DNA of 64,000 nucleotides, taken from Nitrospinota bacterium (GTDB taxonomy: Bacteria; UBA8248). A program made the position numbers and the translations under genes. Shown here in pieces: positions 49,281 to 58,891 of this stretch (position 1 is its first letter; every line of letters begins with the position of its first letter). The stretch lies in NCBI GenBank assembly GCA_030754595.1, contig JASLZZ010000056.1:19805-83804 (forward strand), written 5' to 3'. A model generated the notes under the pieces. That model was not told the origin of the DNA. It did no database searches and saw only the letters and a list, made by a program, of their open reading frames with translations.

Positions 49281-50288
49281 GTGGCGAACGGCGTTGCGTG
49301 GATCACTACGACATGGCTCGGCATGCTCGATGACCCGATGCGCATCCTCCGCCCGCTCGAAGAGAAAGCGGGCCTTGAGATCAGGATCGAAACCTCGGGC
49401 ATTCATCTGGATGAGGAGGAATTGCTCGCGGGGCTTCCGGGCGTCGTGGCCACCTTGCCGAGCAACGACACCTACACGGCCCGCGTGCTCGCCTCCGCCC
49501 CCGACCTCAAGATCATCTCCCGGACCGGTGTGGGGCTGAACACCATCGACCTCGCCGCCGCCGCCGAGAACGGCATCGTCGTCACCCACGCCGCGGGCCA
49601 GAACCGCGACTCGGTGGCGGAGCACACCTTCGGCCTGATGCTCGGCATCGCAAGGAAAATCCCCTGGAAGGACCAAGCCCTCCGCGAGGGCGAATGGGCC
49701 GCGCTCCGGACTCCCTCGACTCCCCTCAAGGGGAAAACGCTGGGCATCCTCGGGCTCGGGAACGTCGGAAAACAGGTCGCCCTTCGCGCCTCGGCCTTCG
49801 GCATGGAGATCATCGCCTGCGACATCGTGCCGGACGAGCGCTTCGCCGCCGAGGTGGGCGTTTATTTCCACTCGCTCGAGGAGATAGCGGGCCGGGCCGA
49901 TTTTCTTTCGTGTCACGTTCCCCTGACCCCCGAGACACGGGGAATGGTCAGCCGCGATCTGCTCAAGCTCATGAAGCCGGGCGCGTTTTTGATCAACATC
50001 GCGCGCGGCCCGGTGGTGGACATCGACGCCCTGGCCGATGCACTGGCCTCGGGACAAATCCGCGGGGCCGGAATCGACGTATTCCCCCAAGAGCCCCCCG
50101 ATATCTCACACCCCCTGTTCAGCCTCGATAATGTCATCGTGACACCCCACGCGGGCGGGGTGGCCGAGGACGCCTGCGAGAACTGCCTCAGCCACGGCGT
50201 CCGGGCGGTGGTCGATTATATGGCCGGGCGGCTCCCCTCGGACATTGCCAACCCCGAGGTTTTGGAAAAAGTGGGGCTAACGGCATAA
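49281..50288 (+). CDS. Phosphoglycerate dehydrogenase-like 2-hydroxyacid dehydrogenase
   Basis: SRTGVG, GLGNVG, INIARG, DVFPQEP, TPH. Confidence 0.9.
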   Translation: MANGVAWITTTWLGMLDDPMRILRPLEEKAGLEIRIETSGIHLDEEELLAGLPGVVATLPSNDTYTARVLASAPDLKIISRTGVGLNTIDLAAAAENGIVVTHAAGQNRDSVAEHTFGLMLGIARKIPWKDQALREGEWAALRTPSTPLKGKTLGILGLGNVGKQVALRASAFGMEIIACDIVPDERFAAEVGVYFHSLEEIAGRADFLSCHVPLTPETRGMVSRDLLKLMKPGAFLINIARGPVVDIDALADALASGQIRGAGIDVFPQEPPDISHPLFSLDNVIVTPHAGGVAEDACENCLSHGVRAVVDYMAGRLPSDIANPEVLEKVGLTA

Positions 50289-50490
50289 TCCTAGCTTCGG
50301 GGGCATAATCCGTTTTGGGAGCTTAATTCAAACTTCGGCGACTGGGAGTGGAATCCCGGGCTCCGCGGTAGCCGTTTTTTTCGCATAGCCATTTTTAACG
50401 CATAGTTGTTTTTACGAAAAATAAACGGGATGAAAATCCGCCCCGCCGCCGTTATACCGAATGCCGTCACTTCAAAACGAAGGATAACTC

Positions 50491-51918
50491 ATGCGACGAA
50501 TCGCCCTGACGCTCATCGCCGCCCTGCTGGCCGCCTATCCTGTCTCGATTGCGGTGGGCGGGGGCGAAATTCCGGGAGGCACGGTGGACTCCTCCGGCCT
50601 TCTTCAGGTGCCCTGGAGGGTGGCCGAACACCGCCTCTCGAACGGGATGCGGGCCCTCATGCTCCAGGACCGGAGGGCGCCCTCGATCGTTTTTCAGGTC
50701 TGGTACGGCGTGGGCAGCCGCGACGAGCCCAAGGGCAAGACCGGGGTCGCCCATATGCTTGAGCACATGATGTTCCGGGGGACCGAAAAATACGGCCCAA
50801 AGGAATTTAGTAACATCGTCATGCGAAACGGGGGCTCCCACAACGCCTTCACGAGCTTCGACTACACGGCCTATTTCGAGCGCATCGCTTCGGACCGCCT
50901 CGGCCTGGTGATGGAACTCGAGGCCGACCGCATGGTGAACCTCGTACTCAAGCAAGAGGAACTCACCCCCGAGCAGAAGGTCGTCATGGAGGAGCGCCGC
51001 TCGCGCACCGAGGACAGCCCCACCGGCGCGCTGTTCGAGAAACTCAGGGCCGCCTCCTACACGAAACACGCCTACCGCAATCCCATCATCGGATGGGCAG
51101 AGGACATCGACGGCTACTCGCTCGAGGACCTCGAAGCCTTCTACAAGCGATACTACACCCCGAACAACGCGACCGCCGTCATCGTAGGGGATTTCGATGT
51201 GAGCGAGGCCATCCGGCTGCTCGAGAAGCACTTCGGTCCGATTCCCTCGCTCCCCTTCGAGGGCAGGCCCCGGATGACGGAGCCCGAACAGACGACCTCG
51301 CGCCGGCTGGTCGTCCGGAAGGAGGCGCAGCTTCCCTACGTCGCCATGGCCCACCATGCGCCGAACTGGAAGCACGATGACGGCCCGGCGCTCATCATGC
51401 TCGAAAACATCCTGGGCGGCGGCGAGACGAGCCGCCTCTATCAGCGCCTCGTCCGAAAGGACGCCATCGCCCTCGGAGCCGGCGCCGACTACACCTACGT
51501 ATCCCTCGACCCGATGCTTTTCTACCTCTACGGGCAACCGGCTCCGGGCAAGGAAGCAATCGACGTCGAAAAAACCATCCTCGACGAGGTGGACCGCCTC
51601 ATCCGCAAAGGCGTCTCCAAGGAGGAGCTCGAGCGCAACCTGCGCAGCATCGAGGCCCAGACCATCTTCTCGATGGACAGCCACTTTTACCGCGCCATGC
51701 AGCTCGGGCGGGCGATGATCGCGGGCGACTGGCAGCTGGTGAACGGCTACCTGCCCTCCCTCGCCAAGGTCACCTCGGCGGACATCGTCCGGGTCGCGAA
51801 AAAATTTCTCCGCGCCCAAAACCGGACGACGGCGACGCTCGTCCCGATTCCGCTCGACAAAAAACAGCCCCGGCCCAAGAACGCCAAGGGCGGACAGACT
51901 CACGGAGGAAGCCGGTGA
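50491..51918 (+). CDS. M16B zinc peptidase, catalytic subunit
   Basis: Signal peptide, HMLEH (HxxEH), NAFTS.D.T. Confidence 0.92.
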   Translation: MRRIALTLIAALLAAYPVSIAVGGGEIPGGTVDSSGLLQVPWRVAEHRLSNGMRALMLQDRRAPSIVFQVWYGVGSRDEPKGKTGVAHMLEHMMFRGTEKYGPKEFSNIVMRNGGSHNAFTSFDYTAYFERIASDRLGLVMELEADRMVNLVLKQEELTPEQKVVMEERRSRTEDSPTGALFEKLRAASYTKHAYRNPIIGWAEDIDGYSLEDLEAFYKRYYTPNNATAVIVGDFDVSEAIRLLEKHFGPIPSLPFEGRPRMTEPEQTTSRRLVVRKEAQLPYVAMAHHAPNWKHDDGPALIMLENILGGGETSRLYQRLVRKDAIALGAGADYTYVSLDPMLFYLYGQPAPGKEAIDVEKTILDEVDRLIRKGVSKEELERNLRSIEAQTIFSMDSHFYRAMQLGRAMIAGDWQLVNGYLPSLAKVTSADIVRVAKKFLRAQNRTTATLVPIPLDKKQPRPKNAKGGQTHGGSR

Positions 51919-53261
51919 ATCCCCTGCGATCGATTTTCCTCGCCGCGGGCGCGATCGTAATCAGCCTCGCCGTCTCTCTTCCCGCCTCGGCGGCGGTCCT
52001 CACCTACGACCGCGAGGAGCTTCCGGGCGGAGCCGTCCTTCTCGTCAAGGAGTCGCACGAGCTCCCGATCGTCACCATACGGGTTTCCTTTCCGGGCGGG
52101 ACGCGCTACGAGCCTCTGGACAAGCAGGGCCTGGCCAGCCTGACGGCCGGTATGCTCACCAGGGGGACCCGGAGGCGGAACGCCTCGACCATCGAGAAAC
52201 TAAACGACCGGACCGGCGGCGGGGCGGGGGCGAGCGCGGGCCGCGATTTCTCGACCGCCTCGATCCGCCTGCTCACCCGGGACCTCGAGCGGGGTATGGA
52301 TCTTCTCGCCGACATCCTCAGAAGACCGACCTTTCCTCGAAAAGAGTTGGGGAAGATGAAGACCAGAACGCTGGGCGGCCTTCAGCGCAAGAAAGACAGG
52401 CCGGGCCATCTCGCCGACCGCGCCTTCCGCGGCCGCCTCTTCGGCTCCCATCCCTACGGGCGGCAAGTGGAGGGCACTCCCGAGACCATCAAAAAAATCA
52501 GAAGAAGAGATCTGCTTAAATTCCACCGGCAGCGCTACGGGATGAAGGGTGCGATCTTCATTTTCGTGGGCGACATCTCACTCGCCCGGGCCCGGGGGAT
52601 CGTCATGGGTCATTTCGGAGGGTGGCGGTCGCGGCCGGGGCCCTCCCCGGCGGAGCCCGCCGGATCGGGCGAGGCCAAGGACAAGATGGCCATCATCAAG
52701 ATCGACCGGCCCTTCAAGCAGGCGACCGTCCTGCTCGGGAACCGATCCATCTCCCGGCGCCATAAGGACTTCTACGCCGCTCGCGTGATGAACTACATCC
52801 TCGGCGGAGGGAGCTTCGAAAGCCGGATCACGAGAAACATCCGCGAGGAAAAAGGCCTCGTCTACTCGGCCTATTGCTACTTCGCCGCCGGGATGGACAC
52901 GGGGCACTGGCGCCTTTCGCTTCAGACGAAGAATGCCAGCGCCAATCAGGCCATCGCCGAATCGATCGTCGAAATCCGAAAGATGCAGGACGAAGGGGTG
53001 AGTGACCGCGAGCTCTCCGAGGCGAAGGCCTTCATCACCGGGAATTTCGCCACTCGTTTTCAGTCCTCCTCGCGCATCGCCGAATACATCCTCGCCGTCG
53101 AGCGCCTCGGCTTCGGCCCCGGCTACGCGGACGAGTATCTCGACCTCATCCGCGCGGTGACGAAAGAGCAGGTGCATGAGGCGGCGAAAAAACACATTCG
53201 CCTCGACGAGGCTGTCCTCACCGTCGTCGGAAACCTGGACGAGGCGAAGCTGGAATACTAG
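51915..53261 (+). CDS. M16B peptidase, non-catalytic partner subunit
   Basis: M16 pattern without HxxEH; IREEKGLVY (R/Y pair); 4-nt overlap with the catalytic subunit. Confidence 0.9.
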   Translation: MNPLRSIFLAAGAIVISLAVSLPASAAVLTYDREELPGGAVLLVKESHELPIVTIRVSFPGGTRYEPLDKQGLASLTAGMLTRGTRRRNASTIEKLNDRTGGGAGASAGRDFSTASIRLLTRDLERGMDLLADILRRPTFPRKELGKMKTRTLGGLQRKKDRPGHLADRAFRGRLFGSHPYGRQVEGTPETIKKIRRRDLLKFHRQRYGMKGAIFIFVGDISLARARGIVMGHFGGWRSRPGPSPAEPAGSGEAKDKMAIIKIDRPFKQATVLLGNRSISRRHKDFYAARVMNYILGGGSFESRITRNIREEKGLVYSAYCYFAAGMDTGHWRLSLQTKNASANQAIAESIVEIRKMQDEGVSDRELSEAKAFITGNFATRFQSSSRIAEYILAVERLGFGPGYADEYLDLIRAVTKEQVHEAAKKHIRLDEAVLTVVGNLDEAKLEY

Positions 53262-53414
53262 GGCCGCCCCCGCCCTTCATCCGCCCCCGGCTGTTATGCA
53301 CTCAGGGAGATTCCGCCATGCGGAAGGAATTTTTCGGGACCGATCCGCCCGCCAATACGTTTCTGGTGATATCGAGCCTCGCCGAGCCCGGTTTTCCGGT
53401 GGAAATCGAGGCCA

Positions 53415-53828
53415 TTGCCTCCCTCCCCTGACGCCGGATTGTTGTCCCCGGGCCGGCGCTGGGCGCTCGCACTCGTCTATCTCGGACTGGTTCACATCAC
53501 CTCGTCCTTCGCCCCCGGGCCGACCGGCTTCATCCCCCTCGCGGGGGTGGACAAACTCGTCCACCTCTGCGAGTTTGGGGCCCTGGCGCTAGTCTTTTGG
53601 CGCCCGCTTCGCGAGACAGCCCCCCGCCACCCGGAGTTGAGGGTGGCCGCCGTTCTGTTCCTGTTCGTCGCGGTTAACGGCGTTCTCGATGAATTTCATC
53701 AATCGTTCGTTCCAGGTCGGCACGCCTCCTGGGCGGACGCGGCGGCGGACGCGCTGGGAGCCGGAGCGGCCCTTTTCTGGCTTCTTCACCGGGAAAAGGC
53801 CAGGGTTTCGGGGTCTTCCGGGATTTGA
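53415..53828 (+). CDS. VanZ family protein
   Basis: DKLVHLCEF, DEFHQSFVPGR..S..D...D. Confidence 0.85.
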   Translation: MPPSPDAGLLSPGRRWALALVYLGLVHITSSFAPGPTGFIPLAGVDKLVHLCEFGALALVFWRPLRETAPRHPELRVAAVLFLFVAVNGVLDEFHQSFVPGRHASWADAAADALGAGAALFWLLHREKARVSGSSGI

Positions 53829-53838
53829 GGAAATAAAC

Positions 53839-54288
53839 ATGCCCGACATCCGCGAACAGTTGGCTGAGGATATGAAAACGGCCATGCGCGAGAAGGCGGC
53901 CGACCGCCTCTCGACGATTCGGCTGATGCGCTCCGAGATCCTGAACAAGGACAAGGAAAAGGGCGACGAAACTTCCGAGGAGGATATTCTCAAACTCCTC
54001 CAAAGCATGATAAAAAAACGTGAGGAGGCGGCCGAGCAGTTCGACAAGGGTGAGCGCTCCGAACTCGCCGCCAAGGAGCGCGCGGAAATTCTCGTGGTCC
54101 AGGGCTATCTTCCCGCCCAGATGGATGACGATGCCGTCCGACTAGCCGCCAAAGCCGCCATCGAGGAGACGGGGGCCGCCTCCATCAAAGAGATGGGCAA
54201 GGTAATGGGCGTTTTATCGAAACAGCTTGCCGGTCAGGCGACCGGCGCCCGAATCAGCCAAATCGTCAAAGAACTTCTCAGCGCCTAG
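53839..54288 (+). CDS. GatB/YqeY domain protein
   Basis: DMKTAMR, KKREEAAEQF, YLPAQM, MGKVMG. Confidence 0.92.
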   Translation: MPDIREQLAEDMKTAMREKAADRLSTIRLMRSEILNKDKEKGDETSEEDILKLLQSMIKKREEAAEQFDKGERSELAAKERAEILVVQGYLPAQMDDDAVRLAAKAAIEETGAASIKEMGKVMGVLSKQLAGQATGARISQIVKELLSA

Positions 54289-54308
54289 ATTTTACGGGGA
54301 ACCCGAAA

Positions 54309-54701
54309 ATGCCGAAGCCATTCTACACCGTCGAAGAAGTGACCAAGGCCTTCAGTTGCGAGCCCGTGCAGGACGAAATCGTCTCCGCGCTGGCCGAGCG
54401 CGACTTCCGCATCTTCGAGGTCGAGCAGCCCAAGGACGCGATGGTTCCCTACCACACCCACGACGAGGAGGAGAAGCTCATCGTCCTCAAAGGGCGGATG
54501 CAATTCAACGTGGAGGAGGAACTCGTCCTGATCGAGAAGGGCGAGGTTATCACCATCCGCGAGGGAGCGATCCACTCCGCCGCACCGGTGGGCAGCAAGC
54601 CGGCCAAGCTGCTCATCGCCTTCGGCGGGGGCGAGGAGGCCGAGCCCGACAAGGAAGGGTGGGACGATGAGGAGGGTGAGGATCTCGGCCGAGCCACCTG
54701 A
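54309..54701 (+). CDS. Cupin domain protein
   Basis: HTHDEEE..IVLKG, GEVITI..GAIHS; acidic tail. Confidence 0.8.
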   Translation: MPKPFYTVEEVTKAFSCEPVQDEIVSALAERDFRIFEVEQPKDAMVPYHTHDEEEKLIVLKGRMQFNVEEELVLIEKGEVITIREGAIHSAAPVGSKPAKLLIAFGGGEEAEPDKEGWDDEEGEDLGRAT

Positions 54702-55146
54702 ACGCCTGATTCTCTATTTCGCCTACGGCGCGAACCTTCACCACGACGGAATGCGCCTCAGATGCCCCCGCAGCCGTCCGCTCCGGCTCGCCCGTCTGAT
54801 GGGCCACGCCCTTCGAATCGCACTTCCCCAAAAAATATCCAGCGCCCACGGCTGGGCTACCGTCGTGCCCGAAGCGGGCGCCCAGGTACCAGGCGTGCTC
54901 TATCTCCTCATCGAACGAGACATCGACACCCTCGACAGCTACGAGGACTACCCCGATATTTACGGCCGCGAGAAGATTTCGGTGGAATCCGATATCGGCA
55001 ACGAAGAGGCGCTTATCTACATGATGGTCGGCCCGATCCAGGAAGCGCGGCCCTCGCCCGAGTACGCCGCCACCCTAAGACACGGCTACCGGGAGAACGG
55101 ACTGCCGATGGAGGTGCTCGAAGCCGCCTTGGGACAAAAGGATTAG
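54667..55146 (+). CDS. Gamma-glutamylcyclotransferase family protein
   Basis: YFAYGANL, GVLY, LDSYE, PSPEY. Confidence 0.85.
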   Translation: MRRVRISAEPPERLILYFAYGANLHHDGMRLRCPRSRPLRLARLMGHALRIALPQKISSAHGWATVVPEAGAQVPGVLYLLIERDIDTLDSYEDYPDIYGREKISVESDIGNEEALIYMMVGPIQEARPSPEYAATLRHGYRENGLPMEVLEAALGQKD

Positions 55147-55634
55147 GGGGGGTAGTCGCCTTCTTTTTGAAGAAAGGGGATCAGCCCCCCGGCGGCGATT
55201 ATGTTCAGGAGCGAAGGGGGATAGGGGGAGAAGCGAATCTCCACGCCCCCGGTTTGAGCGACGCCCGCCCCCGGGTCCACCTCCACCTCATCGCCCGCCG
55301 AAATCGAGCCTGTGTCGCACTCAATGACCGGAAGCCCCATGTTGATGGCGTTTCGGTAGAACATGTGGCCGAAACTCTTCGCCAGAACGCAACTGACGCC
55401 CAGCTCCCGAAGGACGACCGCGGCGTCGGCGCGACTGCTGACGAGACCGAAATTCTCCCCCGCCACCACCAGGTCGCCCCGCCGCACCGAGGCCGAAAAC
55501 GCCGGATCGATATCCTTGAAGGCGTCCCTCGTGAGGTCCGTCAGCGTCGTGTTGGGCGGGCGGTACTTGACCGAAAGATGAACGTCGGTGCTCACGTTGT
55601 CCCCGAAGCGGAACGCCCTTCCCGCCAAAATCAT
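55143..55634 (-). CDS. 3-isopropylmalate dehydratase/homoaconitase-like small subunit
   Basis: GDNVSTD, AGENFG..SSR, AKSFGHMFYRNAINMG, AGGLI. Confidence 0.88.
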   Translation of the reverse strand: MILAGRAFRFGDNVSTDVHLSVKYRPPNTTLTDLTRDAFKDIDPAFSASVRRGDLVVAGENFGLVSSRADAAVVLRELGVSCVLAKSFGHMFYRNAINMGLPVIECDTGSISAGDEVEVDPGAGVAQTGGVEIRFSPYPPSLLNIIAAGGLIPFLQKEGDYPP

Positions 55635-56911
55635 TGCGCCGCTCCCGCCATCTCGGCCAGGATTTCGCGCGGGTCGGCGATCCGGCCCGCAAGGGCGCTG
55701 GCCGCCGCCGTCGCGGGCGAGCCCAGATAGATTTCCGCCTTCCTGCTCCCCAGGCGGCCGGGAAAATTCCGGTTCGCCGTGGAGACGACGCGCTCACCGT
55801 CGCCCACGATGCCATTTCCCGTCATCGATACGCAGGGGCCGCACGAGGGAGGGAGGAAGACGGCCCCCGCCTCGTTGAGGGCGCGGATCGCCCCGCTCCG
55901 CTCCGCCGAGTCCTGGACCCGCCGGCTGGCGGGAGCGATATAAAACCGGACCCCGGGGGCGATTTTTCTGCCGCGCAAAATGCGCGCAGCGATTTCGATG
56001 TCCTCGAGGCGGCCGTTCGTGCAGGTGCCCACATAGACCTGGTGCACCGGGAGTCCGGTGAATTCCCCCACCGGGAACACGTTGTCGGTCGTGGGGGTGG
56101 GGGCCGCTATCGCCGGTTCCAGCGAGGTGACAGCGAGGCGGATGGTGCGGTCGTAGGCGACGTCCGGGTCCGGTGAGACGGGAGTTCCCTCGCGCCCCGC
56201 GGCCCTTGCCCATTCGATTGTTTTCGAATCGGCCTCCATGATCCCCGTCTTCGCCCCCGTGTCCACCGCCATATTCGCGATGGTGAACCGGCTCTCCACC
56301 GAGAGGGCTGCGAGGGCCGGACCGCCGTACTCGATGGCGCGGTAGTTGCCCCCGTTCAGGCCGATCTCCTCGGCGAGATAGAGGGCCAGGTCCTTGGCGA
56401 ACACACCCTCGGGGAGGCTCCCCTCGAAATCGACCCGAATCGTTTGCGGCACCTTGAACCAAAGCCTGCCGGTGGCGAACACCGAGGCCGTCTCTCCGCT
56501 TTCCACGGCGACCGCCATGGTGTTCAAGGCGCCGTAGGTGCAGACGTGACTGTCGCCGCCCACGGCCAAATCCCCCGGCCCGACTCTTCCCTCCTCGGTC
56601 ACGATGGTGTGACAGACCCCTGACCCCGCGTCGAACAGGTTCACGCCGCGCTCCGAAGCGAACTCGCGAAGTTTCACATGGTCGTTCGCCCAGCGAACGT
56701 CGAACGCCGGCACAAAATGATCGATAATGATGTCGGTCTTTTTCGGATCGAGACGAAAGGGTAGATTCGCCTCTTTGAAAATATCCAGCGCCTTGGGACC
56801 CTTGGCGTCGCCCGCCATGAGATAGTCGATCTTGGCCACAACGAGGTCGCCAGCGCGGGCCTCGGTCCCCGAGTGGGCGGAGAGAATTTTTTCCACGATA
56901 GTCTGGCCCAA
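55631..56911 (-). CDS. 3-isopropylmalate dehydratase/homoaconitase-like large subunit
   Basis: DH, GVCH, DSH, GTCTNGR, CGPC, STANRNFPGR. Confidence 0.9.
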   Translation of the reverse strand: MGQTIVEKILSAHSGTEARAGDLVVAKIDYLMAGDAKGPKALDIFKEANLPFRLDPKKTDIIIDHFVPAFDVRWANDHVKLREFASERGVNLFDAGSGVCHTIVTEEGRVGPGDLAVGGDSHVCTYGALNTMAVAVESGETASVFATGRLWFKVPQTIRVDFEGSLPEGVFAKDLALYLAEEIGLNGGNYRAIEYGGPALAALSVESRFTIANMAVDTGAKTGIMEADSKTIEWARAAGREGTPVSPDPDVAYDRTIRLAVTSLEPAIAAPTPTTDNVFPVGEFTGLPVHQVYVGTCTNGRLEDIEIAARILRGRKIAPGVRFYIAPASRRVQDSAERSGAIRALNEAGAVFLPPSCGPCVSMTGNGIVGDGERVVSTANRNFPGRLGSRKAEIYLGSPATAAASALAGRIADPREILAEMAGAAQ

Positions 56912-57116
56912 GAGGGATCTCCTTTACCGAGTGTGGAAGGCTCCGAACGCGGAAAGCGTCAACAAAAAATTTCTTTATGCACCATACGCTTCGGATCAGG
57001 CCCGGTCACCACCGAGGATCAGTCAACACAAAACCCCGGCGTTGCCGGCGGCTAGATTGCGGACTAGGATAAAGACCAAAGTTCACCCGCCGTCAATTCA
57101 CCTTGGCAGGATTCCC

Positions 57117-57782
57117 ATGAGCCGGACCGACATCCACCCCCATAAGGACGCGCGGATTTTTCGGTTTCTGCCCCTGCTCCTGTTGGCGCTGGCCGCCGGA
57201 TGCGGGTCGGTCGAAACCGTGAAGGGCGATGTCGTCCGCCTCGACCGCCGGACGCTCAAGGCGGACTCTGAGAGCTATCGCCTCGCCGGAAAAGGCCCCG
57301 GCCTCGCCGCCCTCCGCAGGGTGGCGCTCTGCCCGGTGCAGGAACGGCGGATTTTCCGGGAGGTCGAGGTCTCGAAGCAGTCCGCCGCCGCCGCCGTCCC
57401 GCAGGGCGTGGGTTGCGGGCTCACGAAATTCGCCGAGCTCGGGAACGTCCTTTCCGGAAGCCCCGGCAACCCCGCCTCGAACTGCGGAAGCTATAGCGCG
57501 ACAAACCGCCACCCGACGGGCCGACAAATTACCGGGAACTGGAGAACCGCCGAACGAAAAGTCTGCGGTCCGGACAAAGCCGCCCCGGCGGGCGGTGAGG
57601 TGCACATCACCTTTCTCAAAAACCGCGCCTCGAAATCATATCCGGTCGGCGAGGGCGGAACCGTCCGCTTCAGCCGGGAAGACCTCGCCCGCCTCCGGAT
57701 CTACTTCACCATACTCCGCGACATGGAGATCGAAGCGCGCTACGGCGGGCAGTCCTGGCTGCAAAAACTCACCATCGAGTAA
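57117..57782 (+). CDS. Hypothetical lipoprotein
   Basis: Hydrophobic stretch with LAAGC lipobox; several additional Cys. Confidence 0.6.
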   Translation: MSRTDIHPHKDARIFRFLPLLLLALAAGCGSVETVKGDVVRLDRRTLKADSESYRLAGKGPGLAALRRVALCPVQERRIFREVEVSKQSAAAAVPQGVGCGLTKFAELGNVLSGSPGNPASNCGSYSATNRHPTGRQITGNWRTAERKVCGPDKAAPAGGEVHITFLKNRASKSYPVGEGGTVRFSREDLARLRIYFTILRDMEIEARYGGQSWLQKLTIE

Positions 57783-57845
57783 GGGCCAGCCCGTCTATAA
57801 AACCCACCCGACCGAAAGACCTGCCAGCCGGGAGGGCAGTCAACA

Positions 57846-58232
57846 TTAACCCTCGATCATCGCCACCGCCTCGATTTCGACCAGGAACTTCGGGTTGGCG
57901 AGGGCCGCCTGGACCGTCGTCCGGGCCGGCTTATCGTTTCCAAAAAATTCGGCGTAGGCCTCGTTCATCCCGGCGAATTCGCCGATATCTGAAAGATAGA
58001 CCGTCGTCTTCATCACGTCGGCGACGGTGGCGCTCCCCTCCTCCAGAACGGCCTTAAGATTACGGAGCACCTGCCGCGTCTGGGCGGCAACGTCTCCCTC
58101 GCCGACGAGATTTCCCTCACCGTCCATCCCGACCTGGCCAGCGGTGAAAACGAAAGGTCCCCGCTTCGTTCCCGGGACATAGGGCGGCGAGGGCACACGC
58201 ATCGATGAGGGCTGAAGATTAATCTTGGGCAT
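57846..58232 (-). CDS. RidA family protein
   Basis: AGQV, KTTVYL, NEAYAEFF, PARTTV, VEIEA. Confidence 0.92.
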   Translation of the reverse strand: MPKINLQPSSMRVPSPPYVPGTKRGPFVFTAGQVGMDGEGNLVGEGDVAAQTRQVLRNLKAVLEEGSATVADVMKTTVYLSDIGEFAGMNEAYAEFFGNDKPARTTVQAALANPKFLVEIEAVAMIEG

Positions 58233-58277
58233 TTTGGATTCTCCCCTGGAAGATGGAAAGGAAAACGGCATCGCAAC

Positions 58278-58308
58278 AAAAAACCTCCGGCCTCCGGGAG
58301 GCCGGAGG
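58278..58308 (-). terminator. Rho-independent terminator closing the UGA-containing unit
   Basis: On the minus strand CCTCCGGCCTC-CCG-GAGGCCGGAGG followed by T6. Confidence 0.85.
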
Positions 58309-58324
58309 GGTATGTCTCAACCGC

Positions 58325-58498
58325 TCAAACCCTGACCAGTTTCCTCCGGACCCACCTGAAACCCTTCTGAACCAGAAGGAAGAGGAGTCCGCTCAGTCAG
58401 GTCGGACAATACTCCGGCTCGCTCCGGGGAGCGTTGGCCCGCTCCTCGGCCTGCTCCTCCCTCGCGGTTTCAGCTTTCTCTGCCGCCTGGGATTTCAC
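58325..58498 (-). CDS. Putative 57-aa selenopeptide (C-P-T-U), not in ORF track
   Basis: GGAGAG RBS and GTG; MKSQAAEKAETAREEQAEERANAPRSEPEYCPT-UGA(58397-58399)-LSGLLFLLVQKGFRWVRRKLVRV*; fills the gap between DUF971 and the terminator. Confidence 0.6.
58363..58379 (-). promoter_or_regulatory. Candidate bacterial SECIS hairpin
   Basis: CCUUCUG-GUU-CAGAAGG starting 17 nt after the UGA; G-U at the start of the loop. Confidence 0.55.
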
Positions 58499-58510
58499 GC
58501 GCGTCTCTCC

Positions 58511-58858
58511 CTAAACCTCTTCCCCGGCCTCGTACCGGTTTCCGGGATCGATGGACCTGAGGTAATCGAACGAGTAGATGCCGTCCGCGCAGCCCGCCTG
58601 CCAGGTGATGCTCAGGGCGTAGCGGCCCACCATCGAAGCGTCCCCAAGTTCGGCGGGCCCCAGCTCGCCCGATACGACGCGGAGCGAATTGTTCTCCATC
58701 TCGGCCCGCTTCTCACGGCAGTTGGCGCAGGGGCACATGGCCGCCAGATAATCGAAACCGTAAACGCTCTTGCCGCCCCCCGCCCACTCGATCCGAAGCT
58801 CGCGGGCGGTCTTGTCCATCGTTAAATCGACGGGGCGGCGCCCCTCGGCGGTCGTCAT
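58511..58858 (-). CDS. DUF971 (gamma-butyrobetaine hydroxylase N-terminal-like) protein
   Basis: LRIEW, CPCANC, VGRYAL.ITW, GIYSFDYL. Confidence 0.85.
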   Translation of the reverse strand: MTTAEGRRPVDLTMDKTARELRIEWAGGGKSVYGFDYLAAMCPCANCREKRAEMENNSLRVVSGELGPAELGDASMVGRYALSITWQAGCADGIYSFDYLRSIDPGNRYEAGEEV

Positions 58859-58891
58859 TATTCCCCACTCTACTAAGGACGGAAAAAAGAT

